A DNA stretch of 64,000 bases from Azolla caroliniana (Eukaryota > Plantae > Polypodiophyta). Numbering within the stretch: the first letter of the stretch is position 1; each line of letters opens with the position of its first letter. The translations under genes and the position numbers were made by a program. The DNA lies in contig JBHGNT010000013.1 in assembly GCA_043228905.1 (NCBI GenBank), forward strand, positions 17,236,001-17,300,000, in the 5' to 3' direction. The notes below the pieces were generated by a model. The model worked only from the letters and a program-made list of their open reading frames with translations, was not told where the DNA came from and did no database searches. Below are positions 36,751-50,055 of this stretch, in pieces.

Positions 36751-39700
36751 TTAATCAAATTCTTCACTCACTTCACTTCCGAGGTCGTCGAGGTCATCTA
36801 GATCATCATTATCAAAATCCATATCATCAAACTCAACGTCGGAAAGATAGCTCTCTATTCCATAACCTGGTATAACAGATCTCGCTTCGGTGATTATTCT
36901 ATCTATCTCTTCTACACTTTGTGATGCTTCGACTTGATATTCAGCACCCAACTCTGCTCCTTCAGCTAGATCAGCTGGCAAATTCTTCAAGAACCATTCA
37001 TGTGCCTTGATTTCTGCCATGCTTATCCTCTGAGACCCAAAAGCCCAAAAAAAATCTCTCTTCCTCTTGTATTAGTTATATTTGGAATCCTCGCTTCATA
37101 ACAATATTCCATAAACAAAATTATCTATTGTTCTATAAAACACTAGGTTTTTGCATCACGTTTCTTGCATTAAATTTACAAGCAACATTGAATCTTTGGA
37201 TTCAGTTTGTACTGTTTCCTGTGTATCAGTTTTTGCCACATTCAAATTTCTTTCTCGTCCTCTCTACCTTCATCAAGCAATCTCTTGTATTAAAGGCATA
37301 TCCAAAAATGAAAACAAGTAAACCTACTTGCGATGGGTCTCCAACAAATATGCGCGACAATAGCTCTCGACACTCCGGTGAAAGCGGCATATGATCTGGG
37401 ATTGTATACTGAACGTTCAATATCCTCTATAGTAACAGAAAAGAAAACATGTTGTCAAAATAATACACATCAAAACAAATCTGTAAGGGCTCTATATAAA
37501 CAACAATGAGACAATTGGAAAATTTGTGAAATAGCATATAATACCCGAATAGTCTTCCTAAAATTACGAGGATCTTCAGGATCTTCAAATGGGTAGGACC
37601 CCATCAGCATAACGTATAAGGTCACCCCACACGACCACACATCTGCTATCTGAAAACAGCAAAGAATGCCAAATAAGGGGAGAATCCAAGCATATCAACA
37701 AAATTAGGGTAACACCTCATAAACTCTAACATAAGCAATTGAAACGAACTACATTATAAAGGCATGACATCATTTTCTATAATTTCAAGATGCCTTGCCA
37801 TCGAGCTCCGCATCTTCAACAAATTCTTATTTCAGATGCATTTGCCAACAAATTCCTTCTTTCACATGATTTTCTAGATGTCTTACCACCAAACAGTACT
37901 TCAAGTTAATACCTTTCCATCATATTCCTTCTTTGCTAAGACCTCTGGTGCAATGTACGCAGGTGTGCCAACTGTTGACTTTGGTTGTGAATGAAGCAGA
38001 GATGACTACATAAAAGATCACCTTAAGTTTACACATCAAGGAAAGATTACAGCTAAGTCCCAACACATCAAGGAATGGGCACATACAAAATGTCCAAATT
38101 TCCAGATGAACGTTATTACCTTGGAATAACCAAAGTCACAAATTTTGAGTCGTGGTGCTTGGCTTCCATCCAGCAAAGTGTTCTCCAGCTTCAAGTCTCG
38201 ATGACATATTTGCTGGTAAGAGAGAGCAAGCAACAAAGACGAAATGCGATGAGATAAAGAACTCATGAAGACTAAGATTACAATGAGAGAAAAATGCTTA
38301 TCCATTAATGAAAATTGAATCAAACTCTATACCATTGTGTGACAGTAGCTAACACCAGAGATGAGCTGTTGGAAGAAAAAACGTGCCTGGAGTGCAAGGC
38401 CATATCAAGCAAAGGTAATGATGGCATGTCATTCCAGATTATGGATTTCTGTGGGCATGTCAAGATTCAAATGCAAGAAATGGCAGTCAAGAATCAAGAT
38501 GCAGAACTATGAAAGAATCATGTCGATAGCGTGACGCGAACCTCGTCTTCACTGAACTTCCCAGCATTACAGATACGATCAAAGAGCTCCCCACCAGCCG
38601 CATATTCCATAACTATGGCCAAATGAGAAGGGGTCAGGAATACCTGCATATGAGTAAAATTCAGGACATTATTATCACATTTCAATCAGAAAAATCACCC
38701 ATCCACTTGTTCGCTCTTTGGGACCCCTGGATAAATTTGCACTACCTCCTTGAACCGGACAATGTTAGGATGCCGCAAAGACCTGTGATTCACGATTTCA
38801 CGCTTCACGTTTTCATCAATCTGAAAGAAAATTCAAGGTTAGCGACTTACTCAAGGTACAGTTCACTTGTAGATAAACAATCAATCACTCAGAAAAAATG
38901 GGCCTGGAGAAATGGTTAAAGACTTTACGGTGCAAGATTCAAATTGTCTAGCGTCTTGCAACACTATTATACACAAATTACAGTATTTACTGTGCAAGAA
39001 TAGTCGTCTGTACACGTGCTGATAGAGACAAGCAGAATGAACAAACTAGTGAAGCTGTAGTTGAGCCATAGAATTGCAAACAGGAGCAAGGCAAAAAATA
39101 TCAGACATTAAGTGTATGTATGCTCGAAGAATGTCCCTGGTTATGGATTTATCAAGGTGAAGGTTCCTGTTTAAGCTACCAAAGAAGCCATAGCAGGGTA
39201 AATCTGAAAATACACACAAATCAAGCTACAAAGAAGTCACTTTCGTGCACATCAGGTGAACAGGAGGAGAATGAAGACGTGTCATAGCTCTACAGAACTA
39301 CAGATGCAAAAGTCCACTTCATGTAAAATTATCATGGAGGAAGAGAAAGACGGATAGTAATGCATCAGAACACGTAGCAGTACACATCTATGCTTAGAAG
39401 AAGAAGAAGAAGAAGAAGAAGGATGTAAGGAGGTTGTGAAGAAGACATACAGAAATGAGAAAATAAGCGGGATAGAGAGGCCAGGAAGCCATAGCAGTAA
39501 ACGCATCTATTTATGGTGGAAAGAAGCAAGAAACAAAGAAACCATAATCGCAAGCAGCGAAACCCTGATATCAATAAACAGAATAATTGGGGATGGGAGA
39601 GAGAGAGAGAGGTCAAGACGCCATAGCTGTAAACATATCTGGGAGAGAGGAACCAAAGAAGCCATAGCTCAGACATCGAAGACAACAATTACAGACATAT

Positions 39701-39976
39701 ATGTTGATATCAGAAAGCAGAGGAATGGAAGGAAGAAGGAAGAGAGGGCATAAAAAAGAAGAGTACCTTCTCGCCACGCTGTATGTATTTGATGGCTACA
39801 GGCTCCTTGGTGATCTTGTCGCGCATGAGACGGGCGACACTGAAATTGCCTGTCCCGAGCTCCCCTATGAGCTCGTACCTGTCGTTATCATCATGGATGG
39901 GGATATCCAGGGAGCTCCCTCCCATCCCTGCTCCTCCTACACCTGCACCGCTAGGGGCACTCGATATGCGTTCCAT
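36751..39976 (-). CDS. SnRK2: SNF1-related protein kinase 2 (SnRK2 family), 369 aa, 9 exons
   Basis: Exons 39976-39767, 38820-38746, 38643-38542, 38386-38333, 38212-38120, 38005-37913, 37649-37545, 37426-37328 and 37029-36751. Internal sizes 75/102/54/93/93/105/99 match the canonical SnRK2 structure. Motifs [32 protein letters not shown], SnRK2 box [13 protein letters not shown] and an Asp-rich tail. Confidence 0.96.
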
Positions 39977-40149
39977 CAGAAATTACCAGGAGATAATGTG
40001 GGTGTGTGTGACAGTGTGAGAGCGGTGTATAAAAGAAGAAATTCTTGATAGATCTGCAGAAGAGAAGAAACGAAGCGGGATGACTGATTTGTGTCCCTGC
40101 TAGACCTGAAAACAGACGGATAGAAATCAGGCAAAAAAAAAGGAGATGA

Positions 40150-40363
40150 ATATGGTGATGGTGATGGTGATGGTGATGGTGATGGTGATGGTGAAGAAGA
40201 AGAAGAAGAAGAAGAAGAAGAAGAAGAAGATACGTGATGGTGAATCGTGAAGCAGAATATGGTGGTGGTGATTGTTACGATTATGATCAAAGATTAAGAT
40301 TGAGACGAAGAAGAAGACGAAGATGCAGATTAAGATTGAGACGAAGAAGAAGAAGAAGAAGAA

Positions 40364-40403
<40 letters not shown>

Positions 40404-40440
40404 GTAGTGGTAGTGGTGAGAAAAAAAGATGATGATGAAG
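40150..40440. repeat. Compound microsatellite (GGTGAT)n/(GAA)n/(GAT)n upstream of the SnRK2 start
   Basis: Read directly; includes a duplicated AGATTAAGATTGAGACGAAGAAGAAG. Confidence 0.9.
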
Positions 40441-40619
40441 ACGAATCAAATACAGGAGGGAATAATTTATCACTTGGATTTTGATGGATCGAAGCTCGGA
40501 AGGCGGCGGCGCAGGGAGGAGGGGGGAGCTCTTAATGGCTTCTTCGTATTATTTTTAGGTTTCCATGTGTATCGAAGGGAGATGGTTAGGAAGAATCAGG
40601 GTTAGGGTTGAGAGATATG

Positions 40620-40661
40620 TTAGGGTTAGGGTTAGGGTTAGGGTTAGGGTTAGGGTTAGGG
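40620..40661 (+). repeat. Interstitial telomere-like repeat (TTAGGG)7
   Basis: Seven perfect hexamers, with degenerate copies at 40584-40609. Confidence 0.95.
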
Positions 40662-40879
40662 TGGGATTGTTTTGTATAACAGTCTTTTCATGACACCATG
40701 GCTCTGCTCTGCTCTGCTCTGCAAGCGGTCGATCGAAGAAGAAGAAGAAGAAGGAGAAGGAGAAGAAGAAAGAATTATTTTCTACTTACTTATAAAATTA
40801 AATTAAATAAATAAAGTAATGCTTTCTTCTTTTTTCTTTTCGGTTTATTAATAATAATTGAGAAATATGAGTATGTATC

Positions 40880-41300
40880 AGTATGTATGAATGAATGTAG
40901 GAGGAAGTAGCATTGGTTTTCTATAATTATCAAGAATGCCCCTAGAGGTATAATAATGAGGATGTATGAATGAATGAATGTAGGAGGAAGTAGCATTGGT
41001 TTTCTATAATTATCAAGGATGCCCCTAGGGGTTTTAGGGGTCCTTTCTGATGTGTCAAATAATACGGGTATGTATGAATGAATGTAGGAGGAAGTAGAAT
41101 TGGTTTTCTATAATTATGAAGGATGCCCCTAGCGGGGGGGGGGGGGGGGGGTTCCTTTCCGATGTGTCTCTTGACCACTCCAATCTTTTCTGAGAGGAGG
41201 AAGTAGAATTGGTTTTCTATAATTATGAAGGATGCCCCTAGGGGTTGGGGCTGGGGGGCCCTTTCCGATGTGTCTCTTGACCACTCCAATCTTTTCCGCG
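40880..41300 (+). repeat. Composite tandem repeat upstream of SnRK2
   Basis: AGGAGGAAGTAG.ATTGGTTTTCTATAATTAT.AAG.ATGCCCCTAG x4 and CCTTTCCGATGTGTCTCTTGACCACTCCAATCTTTTC x2, with a long G run at 41134-41151. Confidence 0.9.
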
Positions 41301-41326
41301 ACAACCCTCGGCCGCCCGCACCCACA

Positions 41327-41327
<1 letters not shown>

Positions 41328-41396
<69 letters not shown>

Positions 41397-41505
41397 TTGG
41401 CTTGGTGGTTTACACCATAACATGAAAGAGATAAACTTGAGAGAACCCAAGGTCAATCCTCATAGAGATCTTGGCGTAGGCCCCCTCTCATAGATTGCAA
41501 TCAAT

Positions 41506-41563
<58 letters not shown>

Positions 41564-41566
41564 CTC
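41328..41566 (+). repeat. (CT)n and (CTAT)n microsatellites
   Basis: Tracts at 41328-41393 and 41510-41566. Confidence 0.9.
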
Positions 41567-44500
41567 TTCTTTGATTCGGAATACACTTGTCATTTCAACC
41601 ATACTTACCCACAACCATGGCAAACACTCGTGACAAGTGTTGATGGATAGATATCCACTTGTTGGGTTCCCCCCTCACACCACGCTCTCTAGCAATCAGA
41701 ACAATGTGTTCTAAACATTGGGCATGGAGCAATATGGACCATATGATTGATTGTATACGGAAAGAAATTGCTTGCTAGCATTAATTCACGTCGCCTTGCA
41801 AAGGAGCAACGTTCTTTGTATTGGGGAACTGTATTTTATTTCAAAGTTGTAAACCTAGAGTAAAGAGTGCTTTGTCGCGTGTGTGGATGATTTCAAACTA
41901 AAACTATAAACAATTCTACGATGATGGCAACATCATACCCATTGCTCAAACACTGGACCCCATGCCCTCTGGTTTTATCATTTTAATAAGTTAACACAGT
42001 GAAATCATAAGCGATAGCGTTGTAGGGACCTCTTATCTTATGTATAAATGTAACTCTCTTTCATTTTGTGCTTTAGCGCATAACGTCTTTATCAAGTCCT
42101 CGTCTTGATTTGACTCTACATCCATGTTTCTGTATTCTGCAAGTGGTTGTGACCCCTTTTGATTCCACATGCTCTTGTCTACATACTACGAACTACATTC
42201 ATTTTGTATTGTTTTTTCTTATATATGCTTGCATTTTCATCCTTGCTTTTATCCAATGCCATATTTTACCATCTTCCCTACCATGAAGGATGCTACCATC
42301 ACTTCTTTGATACCTCCAATCAAGGTCTTAAGAATATGTGTGTGTGTGTGTAGCTACTCTCAACGAAGAACTTTTATCATCACAATCCAAAACTATTTTA
42401 AAAAGGGGGTCAATGAATAGTAAAGTGCCACACTCGATAACATGTCTATGTTAAGCATTCATACTTACTTTGCCCATTGAACATGATCGATCACACTACT
42501 AACAATGAACATTAAAAACAAATTATCAATGCAATCAACAAAGTAGAGATTCATCATTTGTAGGAGAACAATAGATGCGTGGTCATTTCATATTGCCAAC
42601 CTTACGATGACACCACAATATCCTTTATCGCCTAACTAATGGTGCATGCCATATGGATAACAATATCTTAAGTAATTCTCACCATTTTGGCCTCTCTCAA
42701 ATTTATGTCATTATGATCTAGTCTTGACTTATTTACCATATCTTTCTCATTTTATAAAACGTGCATATTGTCGTTGATATTCTAGTATTTGTAGGACAAA
42801 CATCTATTTATCATTCCTCGCTACAAGATTACATATGGAGTGTGTGTGTGTGTGTTTGGCCGAATGTACTTTTTGTCATACATAAAATGTTTATATATTT
42901 TAGCATTTTGTCATACATATTTGTCATTTGTTGTCAAAATTTGTTTGCACAATGCTTTGTCATGCCTAGATCACGTATGTGTTTGTCTTTCGATAACCTC
43001 AAGAAGACACCACTTATTTTACATATCGAGACGATATAATTCATTATTTGCAAGTTGCAGCATATCGATCACTGCTCAACAATAAAGTTCACCATCAAAT
43101 AAAGGTTTTTCTCTTTTGCATAAAGCTCATCATTACAACTTGTTATGAGCATGGAGCAAAAGTGTGAAGGAATCTAACAGTAGCTTGAATAATTGCATTG
43201 AGAAGTTTGTGGAGTTTTTTAAATGTATAACAAAGTCAATATAGAATGAAAGACATATTGGTTGGCTTTAACGTTCCCACAAATGATAATGTGGGTTGGG
43301 CTCAGAATCCTCGCTCTTAAAACGAGAAAGGTACATTCACAAATAAGTGAGAAATGGCTTGCTTGAAATATGAGTACGGAGTCCGACAATATGGAAGATG
43401 AAATTAACTTTCCTTTGCGTGAAACGATGCATTATTGTGCCAATTGTTGGATCCCTCAAGATCTATCATAAAGAATATATGCTCTCGTCACTTTAAATTT
43501 TTCCCAAGCTAGAGAACATCTCCATTATAGCAGAAACCAAAGTTGATTGTTAGTGTTACTAAATTTGAAGACATGGTAAAGTATGTGCAAGGCACTTATC
43601 TCAAGACTCAAACCATTTGTGGCGAGTTGTGTATGCACATATGCACAAATAAACATACATATAAAGTAATGCATAAAAGTGGATTCTAATATATTCCTCT
43701 ACAACATATTGGCCTATCTCATTTAGATCAAATATAAATACATTGTAATATAATGCAAACATTTACATTAGAATTCCTAGGATGAATGCAAGAAAGATGG
43801 AGTTCCTTTGTAAGGCCACTATGCTTATCATTAAAAACCTAGTCACCTATCTTGAGGTTGAGCCATGCTCCAAATAACAATATGTATATATTGATCACAT
43901 CCCAATAATAAATGCAAGGTATACATAATACACACAATAGTTGGTGACTCTTTAATATCAAGTTTAGCACGATACACGAAATAACCATATGGGCAACCAT
44001 GTGTGCGCTCTTAAACGGGTGGAGCCATAAGGGCACATTGCCCCTGACAAGGGGATTGGGGAAGAAGAGAGAGATATGTATAGAAGTAGCAGTAGTGACG
44101 TTTTGATTTATCTATAGGTTGCTTCATCCTACTATAGGAATTGCTTCAATTGTTTCATTGGGCATATTCCCATGGCATTAAAAACGTTTACATACCATTT
44201 CAAGCACCTAAATATTATCTCCATCAACTAATGTTCAAACATGGACACTCTTTACATCTCATTTTGACATCCCACATGCCAAAATTTGTTGTCACCTGGA
44301 TTTTATGATAAAGTAAATGAATCAAAATAATTATCGACTTGTCTATGATCACAAGTTACAATTATGTCCATGTTCATAAACCTTCATTTATAATCTCAGC
44401 TTAGATAAATGTACACTTGCACTTTTTGGCCAATATGGTTCTAACAAAATATATCTAGTCACATATGCAATTATCTACATATGTGTCTACCCAAACTTTT

Positions 44501-46548
44501 GATATATGGTGGATTCATATAATTAGATAGCTAGATGATTGCTTTCAAAGTTTAAGGTCTCCTCATCAAAACTACCACTAGCTTACCTTCTTCCTAATCA
44601 TAGAATTTAACATGCATTAAAGGATTTGAGTGGAACATCATATCCACCCCTTGTGCACAACCTAAGAAAGGACCCATAAAGGAGACATCCCAAAGTGTCA
44701 CTAATGATCATGTGCATGTGAATGAGGTGCACCTTCTTGTTTTGGTCAGTTGTTTATGTGAAGAAAGGTGAGAGAATCAGGTAAAAAGTTATTGGATAGT
44801 GCGTTCAAAAGTTTTCTTCATCCTGAAACTACACAAAAAGCGAAAGGAACCTTAGACCCCTCATAGGTAGCCATGAGCTCTCGGAACAAGCAAAGGAGAC
44901 TAATAGGTAACATGAACTCTCGAAGCACGCAAAAAACGAAGATTTGTGTTCCACTAGGAGATGATAACATGATATAAACAAATATTACAATCGTTTTAGT
45001 TTCCAATCACATACCATACAATCACCATTGTATAGAAAATTAGTTTGGTTTTTTCACATAGAAAGATTAGGTCTTTCAATTAGTTAAATTTTAGAAGCAA
45101 ATCGTTAGTGCGCACAATTCTCAAACAAAAGGTAACATAACATCATGCTTACTTGAACAAACTTGGACCCCACAGCATTGAGACGATGTGAGGTTAGGAT
45201 TTCAATAAGGTAACCTCGAAGAATCCATAAGCAATAATTTGAAGACGTATCTAAATGCTTCAAATTTTATATTTATAAAGACAATATATTGCCACTATGC
45301 TTTACCTTGATTTTTTAAAGCTATATATATATATTGTATAGCAAGTGATGCATATTGGTGCACAAATTGTCAAATCACCCTGCCCATACCCAATTTTTAT
45401 CTAGGAAAGTATACACCCTTAGTAAACCTCTTCTTAATGACAAGACAAATTCAAAAACAATATGATTACTTCTTTTATCATCAACAATTAATGACCAACA
45501 ATGTGTTAAGATAGGCATCAAACCTCGTCCTCAACAAATGAACACCTATGGCAAATCGTCCATAGTCCCCTAGCTCCCTTCATGAGTATTTTTTGTCACG
45601 ATTTATGTCCTCTAATTCTACACTATCATTTCCCCTCCCTACATGCAATGAAATCCCCTAAATTCTAGGAATGCGTTTTTATGGTGATATAACCATTTAT
45701 CAAAATCATAATCCATGGGTTAAATCTTTCGTTTTTACATTGTTGACAACCTTATTGTTTTTATTGAACCATATTGCTCATAGATAATTCAATTTAGGTA
45801 TCTTCCAAGTATGGGGTTTGCTATGTTGTGCTAGATTGCATGTATATTGGATAGACATTTGATTGCTATTTTGGTATCTGGAAAATTGAGGAAAAATGAA
45901 AATGAGCCCCAACCTCCACCCCATGTCTAGAACACGTTTCATCCTTTCCAACCTTGCCCTTTTCGAGATCATTGCACATTAATTCCATGGATCTCCAGAA
46001 ATTTGGAAGCTTGTCTCTTCCTACCATATTTGCTTCTTCAGCATTTGCTTTGAATAAAGGTGGAGACCAAGTAGACCGCCTATGGTAAAACATCATCTTG
46101 TCCTTAATGTACTTCAACATAGTGATGTACAACCTCTATTGAAATGAAAGAATGAATTGAGTAGCTTTACAAAGAATAAAGCTGCAAGATTTATTAAACC
46201 ATGAATCTAAGTTGTAGATAATGGTAGCAATAAATTTTTGAAAATTAAATTGATATTGTTGAACTATACCAAGGCATGACTCTAAGCTATTAGGATAAAC
46301 ATACATACTATCTTGCACGTATATCGACAAATAAATGAGTAATTAACTAAACGAATAATATAGATGTATGTACAAAGCTATTAAGTTGTAGTTGCACATG
46401 GATTTCAGCGATAAACATTAAACTTATTGCCGTTCAATAACACAAAAGAACTATTAAATCATAGTGGAACATTAACATAATCGACAAAATAACCATCGAC
46501 TATATAGTTCCCCACATGTATTAGAAAAGAAACCTATATGATTTAGAA

Positions 46549-47100
46549 CAACCAACAACTTTGTGTTCTTTTCATGCTTGATCTTAATGGGTAGGCTTCC
46601 TACATAAGTGGGGGGTCTTCGGTGGTGGTGATTGTGTAATTGACCTACTCCTTTCTCTCAGTGTTTCCCTCTTAAAAGAAATGTACATCAATCAATAAGT
46701 GAGAAATTAAGTGCAAAACAAAAGGTGTGTAATGCTTAATCTTTCCCCTGCAATATGAATAAGGAGATCAATATATATCGATTTCAGGGAAACGAATTGT
46801 ATATTTACTATCAACCGTACATTTCCCCAAACATACTGGAGTAGATACTTTTACAATTAAAAATAACCAACAACTTCGTGTTCTTTTGGATTACTTGATC
46901 TTAATGGGTAGGCTTCCCACATAAGTGGGGTCTCACGTGTCAACGTTGTAACTAACCCACTTCCTTCTCTTTGGCATATTATGGTTTAAGAAATTTATAT
47001 AGATCAATAAGCAAGAAATTGTGTGCAAAATAAAATGTGATATAGTGTTTCCTATGGTTTGTGACATGGAGATCGATCTATAGAATTTAGGGAGACATGA
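46549..47100 (+). repeat. Diverged direct repeat, period about 315 bp
   Basis: AACCAACAACTT.GTGTTCTTTT...CTTGATCTTAATGGGTAGGCTTCC.ACATAAGTGGGG near 46550 and 46865. Confidence 0.8.
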
Positions 47101-49439
47101 GATCTATGCACTTGTTTATGGATGAAAAATTCTTGTATAATCATAACCAGAAACAATGTAATCTACTAAATTGGTTCATTGTTGTCAAGATGGGCAATGG
47201 GCATAAAACAATTACGCTATTTTTTTCCTTAATTAAATCAAACATTATTCTGGATAAAATTTGAGCAAAGTTCTTCACTCGGTGTTTTACACCACCTTTT
47301 AGTAGTAAGCCTCACAAATCAAGGACATGAGCTTAATGAAAGTAATGTTAGGAAATAGAAACAATTATGTTTACATTTATATTTTGTACCTGCTTCTCGT
47401 GAAGAGTAGAGACAATGATGACGAGAACGACAAGAAACTTGAAATCTCCATTGACCCATGAGCAAACGGACCACATAGCTAGTACTTCTAAAATACTAAT
47501 GAATAAATTGATGAGCTTTTAATTTATAAAGAGTATGCATGTGGCAACTTCAACAAGCATTTGAATACTCACGGGCATCACCGGTTACCAAGAAACCTTA
47601 CACCACTAGGCCATGGATGCTAAGATGATGCCATAAGCATGGGCAACTTCAGGTTTAATGGAGGTCATGAAAGTTGAGATACAAAAGGCTACGGATTTAT
47701 ATTGATGGTGATGGTGATGGTGAAGATGAGGATGATTATGAGATGGTGTGATAACAATGGTAATGGTGATGTTGTTGATGATCAATCTCTCAATCACCAT
47801 GTGCCCCATGATATTCCCATTGAGCTCATGGCAATCTCTATTTGAAGTTCCAATTGTTAGTTTTGTCCCTCTTCTCTATATTCGGTCCACTTGGTTAGTT
47901 AGGGAAGTTTACTTTTAGTAGACCTCCAACCGCCCTTTGCTTCATTTCTTGGTTTTGAATCAACATCTTTGTAATTGCTTGCTCATTACTCTTTTCTTGT
48001 CTTGTTAGGTTACTCTCACACATAGTCCCAAAAATCCAATATGATTTAATAATTGGAACTTGGTACTATTCCAACGATTGAATCACGTGAAATGATCTTA
48101 TTGGAATAGTGAAATGAGATCATTTAGAATGGGATGTTGAAACATTACAATGTATGAAATCTTATTTTTCCTAGTTTTAAGGCTTTACATAGAAAAGATG
48201 AGTAAAACAAAATAAAAAGGTAAAAAAGAGATGGGGAAAAGTATGTATATGTACATATATGCACACAGTACTCATAAATTTATACAAACGAGCATATAAA
48301 CTTTAAGTCTACTTTTTTATGGAGAAGAAGATGGTTATAGTAGACAGGATTGTGGCCTTGCCTCAAATCAAATGTTCATAATACACCTGTAAGTACATAT
48401 ATACATATAGATTAACTTGAAAACCAACAAAAAATGGGGATAGGATAGAACTAGATGTCTCTTATATTTTATGGGATAAAAACATTAGAATTAAATGGCA
48501 TAGGAATATCATGGAGAGTCTAGTATGTGTGCATCTAGAGACAATTATATTGATTTTCAAAAGGTGATACATGGATCAAAGGTGGATTGACAAAGTTTGT
48601 TGCAACATATAATGTCCATAGAGCATGTTATCTAACCCTATTGGAAAAGGTTGCATATGGTTGTAAACTTGCACGCAAGTTACCAAAAACATTGAAGAAC
48701 TTGCCATTAAAATTTCTCCTATCATATGTAGCTTCAACCTATCTATTTCTCTTGTAATTTTATTCTCGCTCTGAAACTTGTTCTTGTAGTGATCGTATCT
48801 CTATAAAATACAGTGAAAGAACATGGAAGTTGTTGAGCTTGTATGTCTAATGAACAAGGATTTCCCTTATCTTTCTTTGATATTCAAGTGCATGTTTTGA
48901 TTCACCTCATTGATGAGATTGAACTTGTTGGTGTAGTGAGCACCTGTTGGATGTTTTGGTAGAGAGATGCATGTGTGTATCGAAGTGCTTTGTTCGTCAA
49001 AGATCACGACAAGAAGGATCAATGGTGGAGGGAAGACTACATAAAGAATGTGTGTACTACTTCTCTGAGTAATTGTCGCATGTATCACACTGTTGTGGAC
49101 CATGACAAAGCAGGCACAATGTTTGAGGAGATGATTGTGACAAAGGGACATTGTTTTAACTTTCACACGTGGATCAAGAGGATGTGTAAACTTTCATTCT
49201 AAGTAATACTAAATGCCCGACCCACTTTGTTAAAGAATTCAAATACAAATATTCAAGTGATACAACTAGAAGAAGAGGTACACATTTGCGAAAAACAACT
49301 TCACTCTTTGAAAGGGTATGAGATAGAGGTGGGCAAGCAAAAATAAACAACAAACCGATATTGAGAGATCAACTCCAGCTTAGCATTTGGATGTGACAAA
49401 CGATCTATTGCGTTTTCATTAACATCTCCTTTGAATTGT

Positions 49440-50055
49440 ATTTTGTAATGAACATAACCTTAACTTTGATATCTAAATCCTATTTATAGGTAATAACTTA
49501 TACTCGTAACATGTGGGCAATGGACAACATTTACTTACATATATAAAAGGGAGATTATCCACAAATTACGCAAGATTCTTGTGTAGTAGCACCATATTAA
49601 AAACAATCACATGAAAAGCACTTAAGGTACCAATTTATTGAAGGTGAGCTCAAATACATATGGTTTATACGAGCTATCTATGAAGAGAGTGTCTTGAATC
49701 TTGATTTATGAAACAAGTAATAACACTTAACACTAAAGGCCTCCTTGATTATGGATTTTGTAATTGACATAACCTTAACTTTGATATCTAAGTCCTATTT
49801 ATAGGCAATAAGTGATACTTGTAGCATGTGGCAATGGATAACATTTACTTACATACATAAAAGGGAGATTATCCAAAAATTACGCAAGATTCTTGTGTAG
49901 CAGCATCATATTAAAGACAATCACATGAAAAGCATTAAGGGTAAATTTTTTATTGAAGATGAGCTTAGATACACAGGGATTATACACGCTATTTATGAAG
50001 TGGGTATATGATATGAAACAAGTAATAACACTTAACATTAAATGCCTCCTTGATT
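49440..50055 (+). repeat. About 315-bp tandem duplication
   Basis: TTTTGTAAT..ACATAACCTTAACTTTGATATCTAA...TAATAACACTTAACA.TAAA.GCCTCCTTGATT occurs twice. Confidence 0.9.

Noticed and set aside
39976-40290. 104-aa Ser/Pro ORF whose stop overlaps the SnRK2 ATG
   Set aside because: Non-ATG start and microsatellite-derived.
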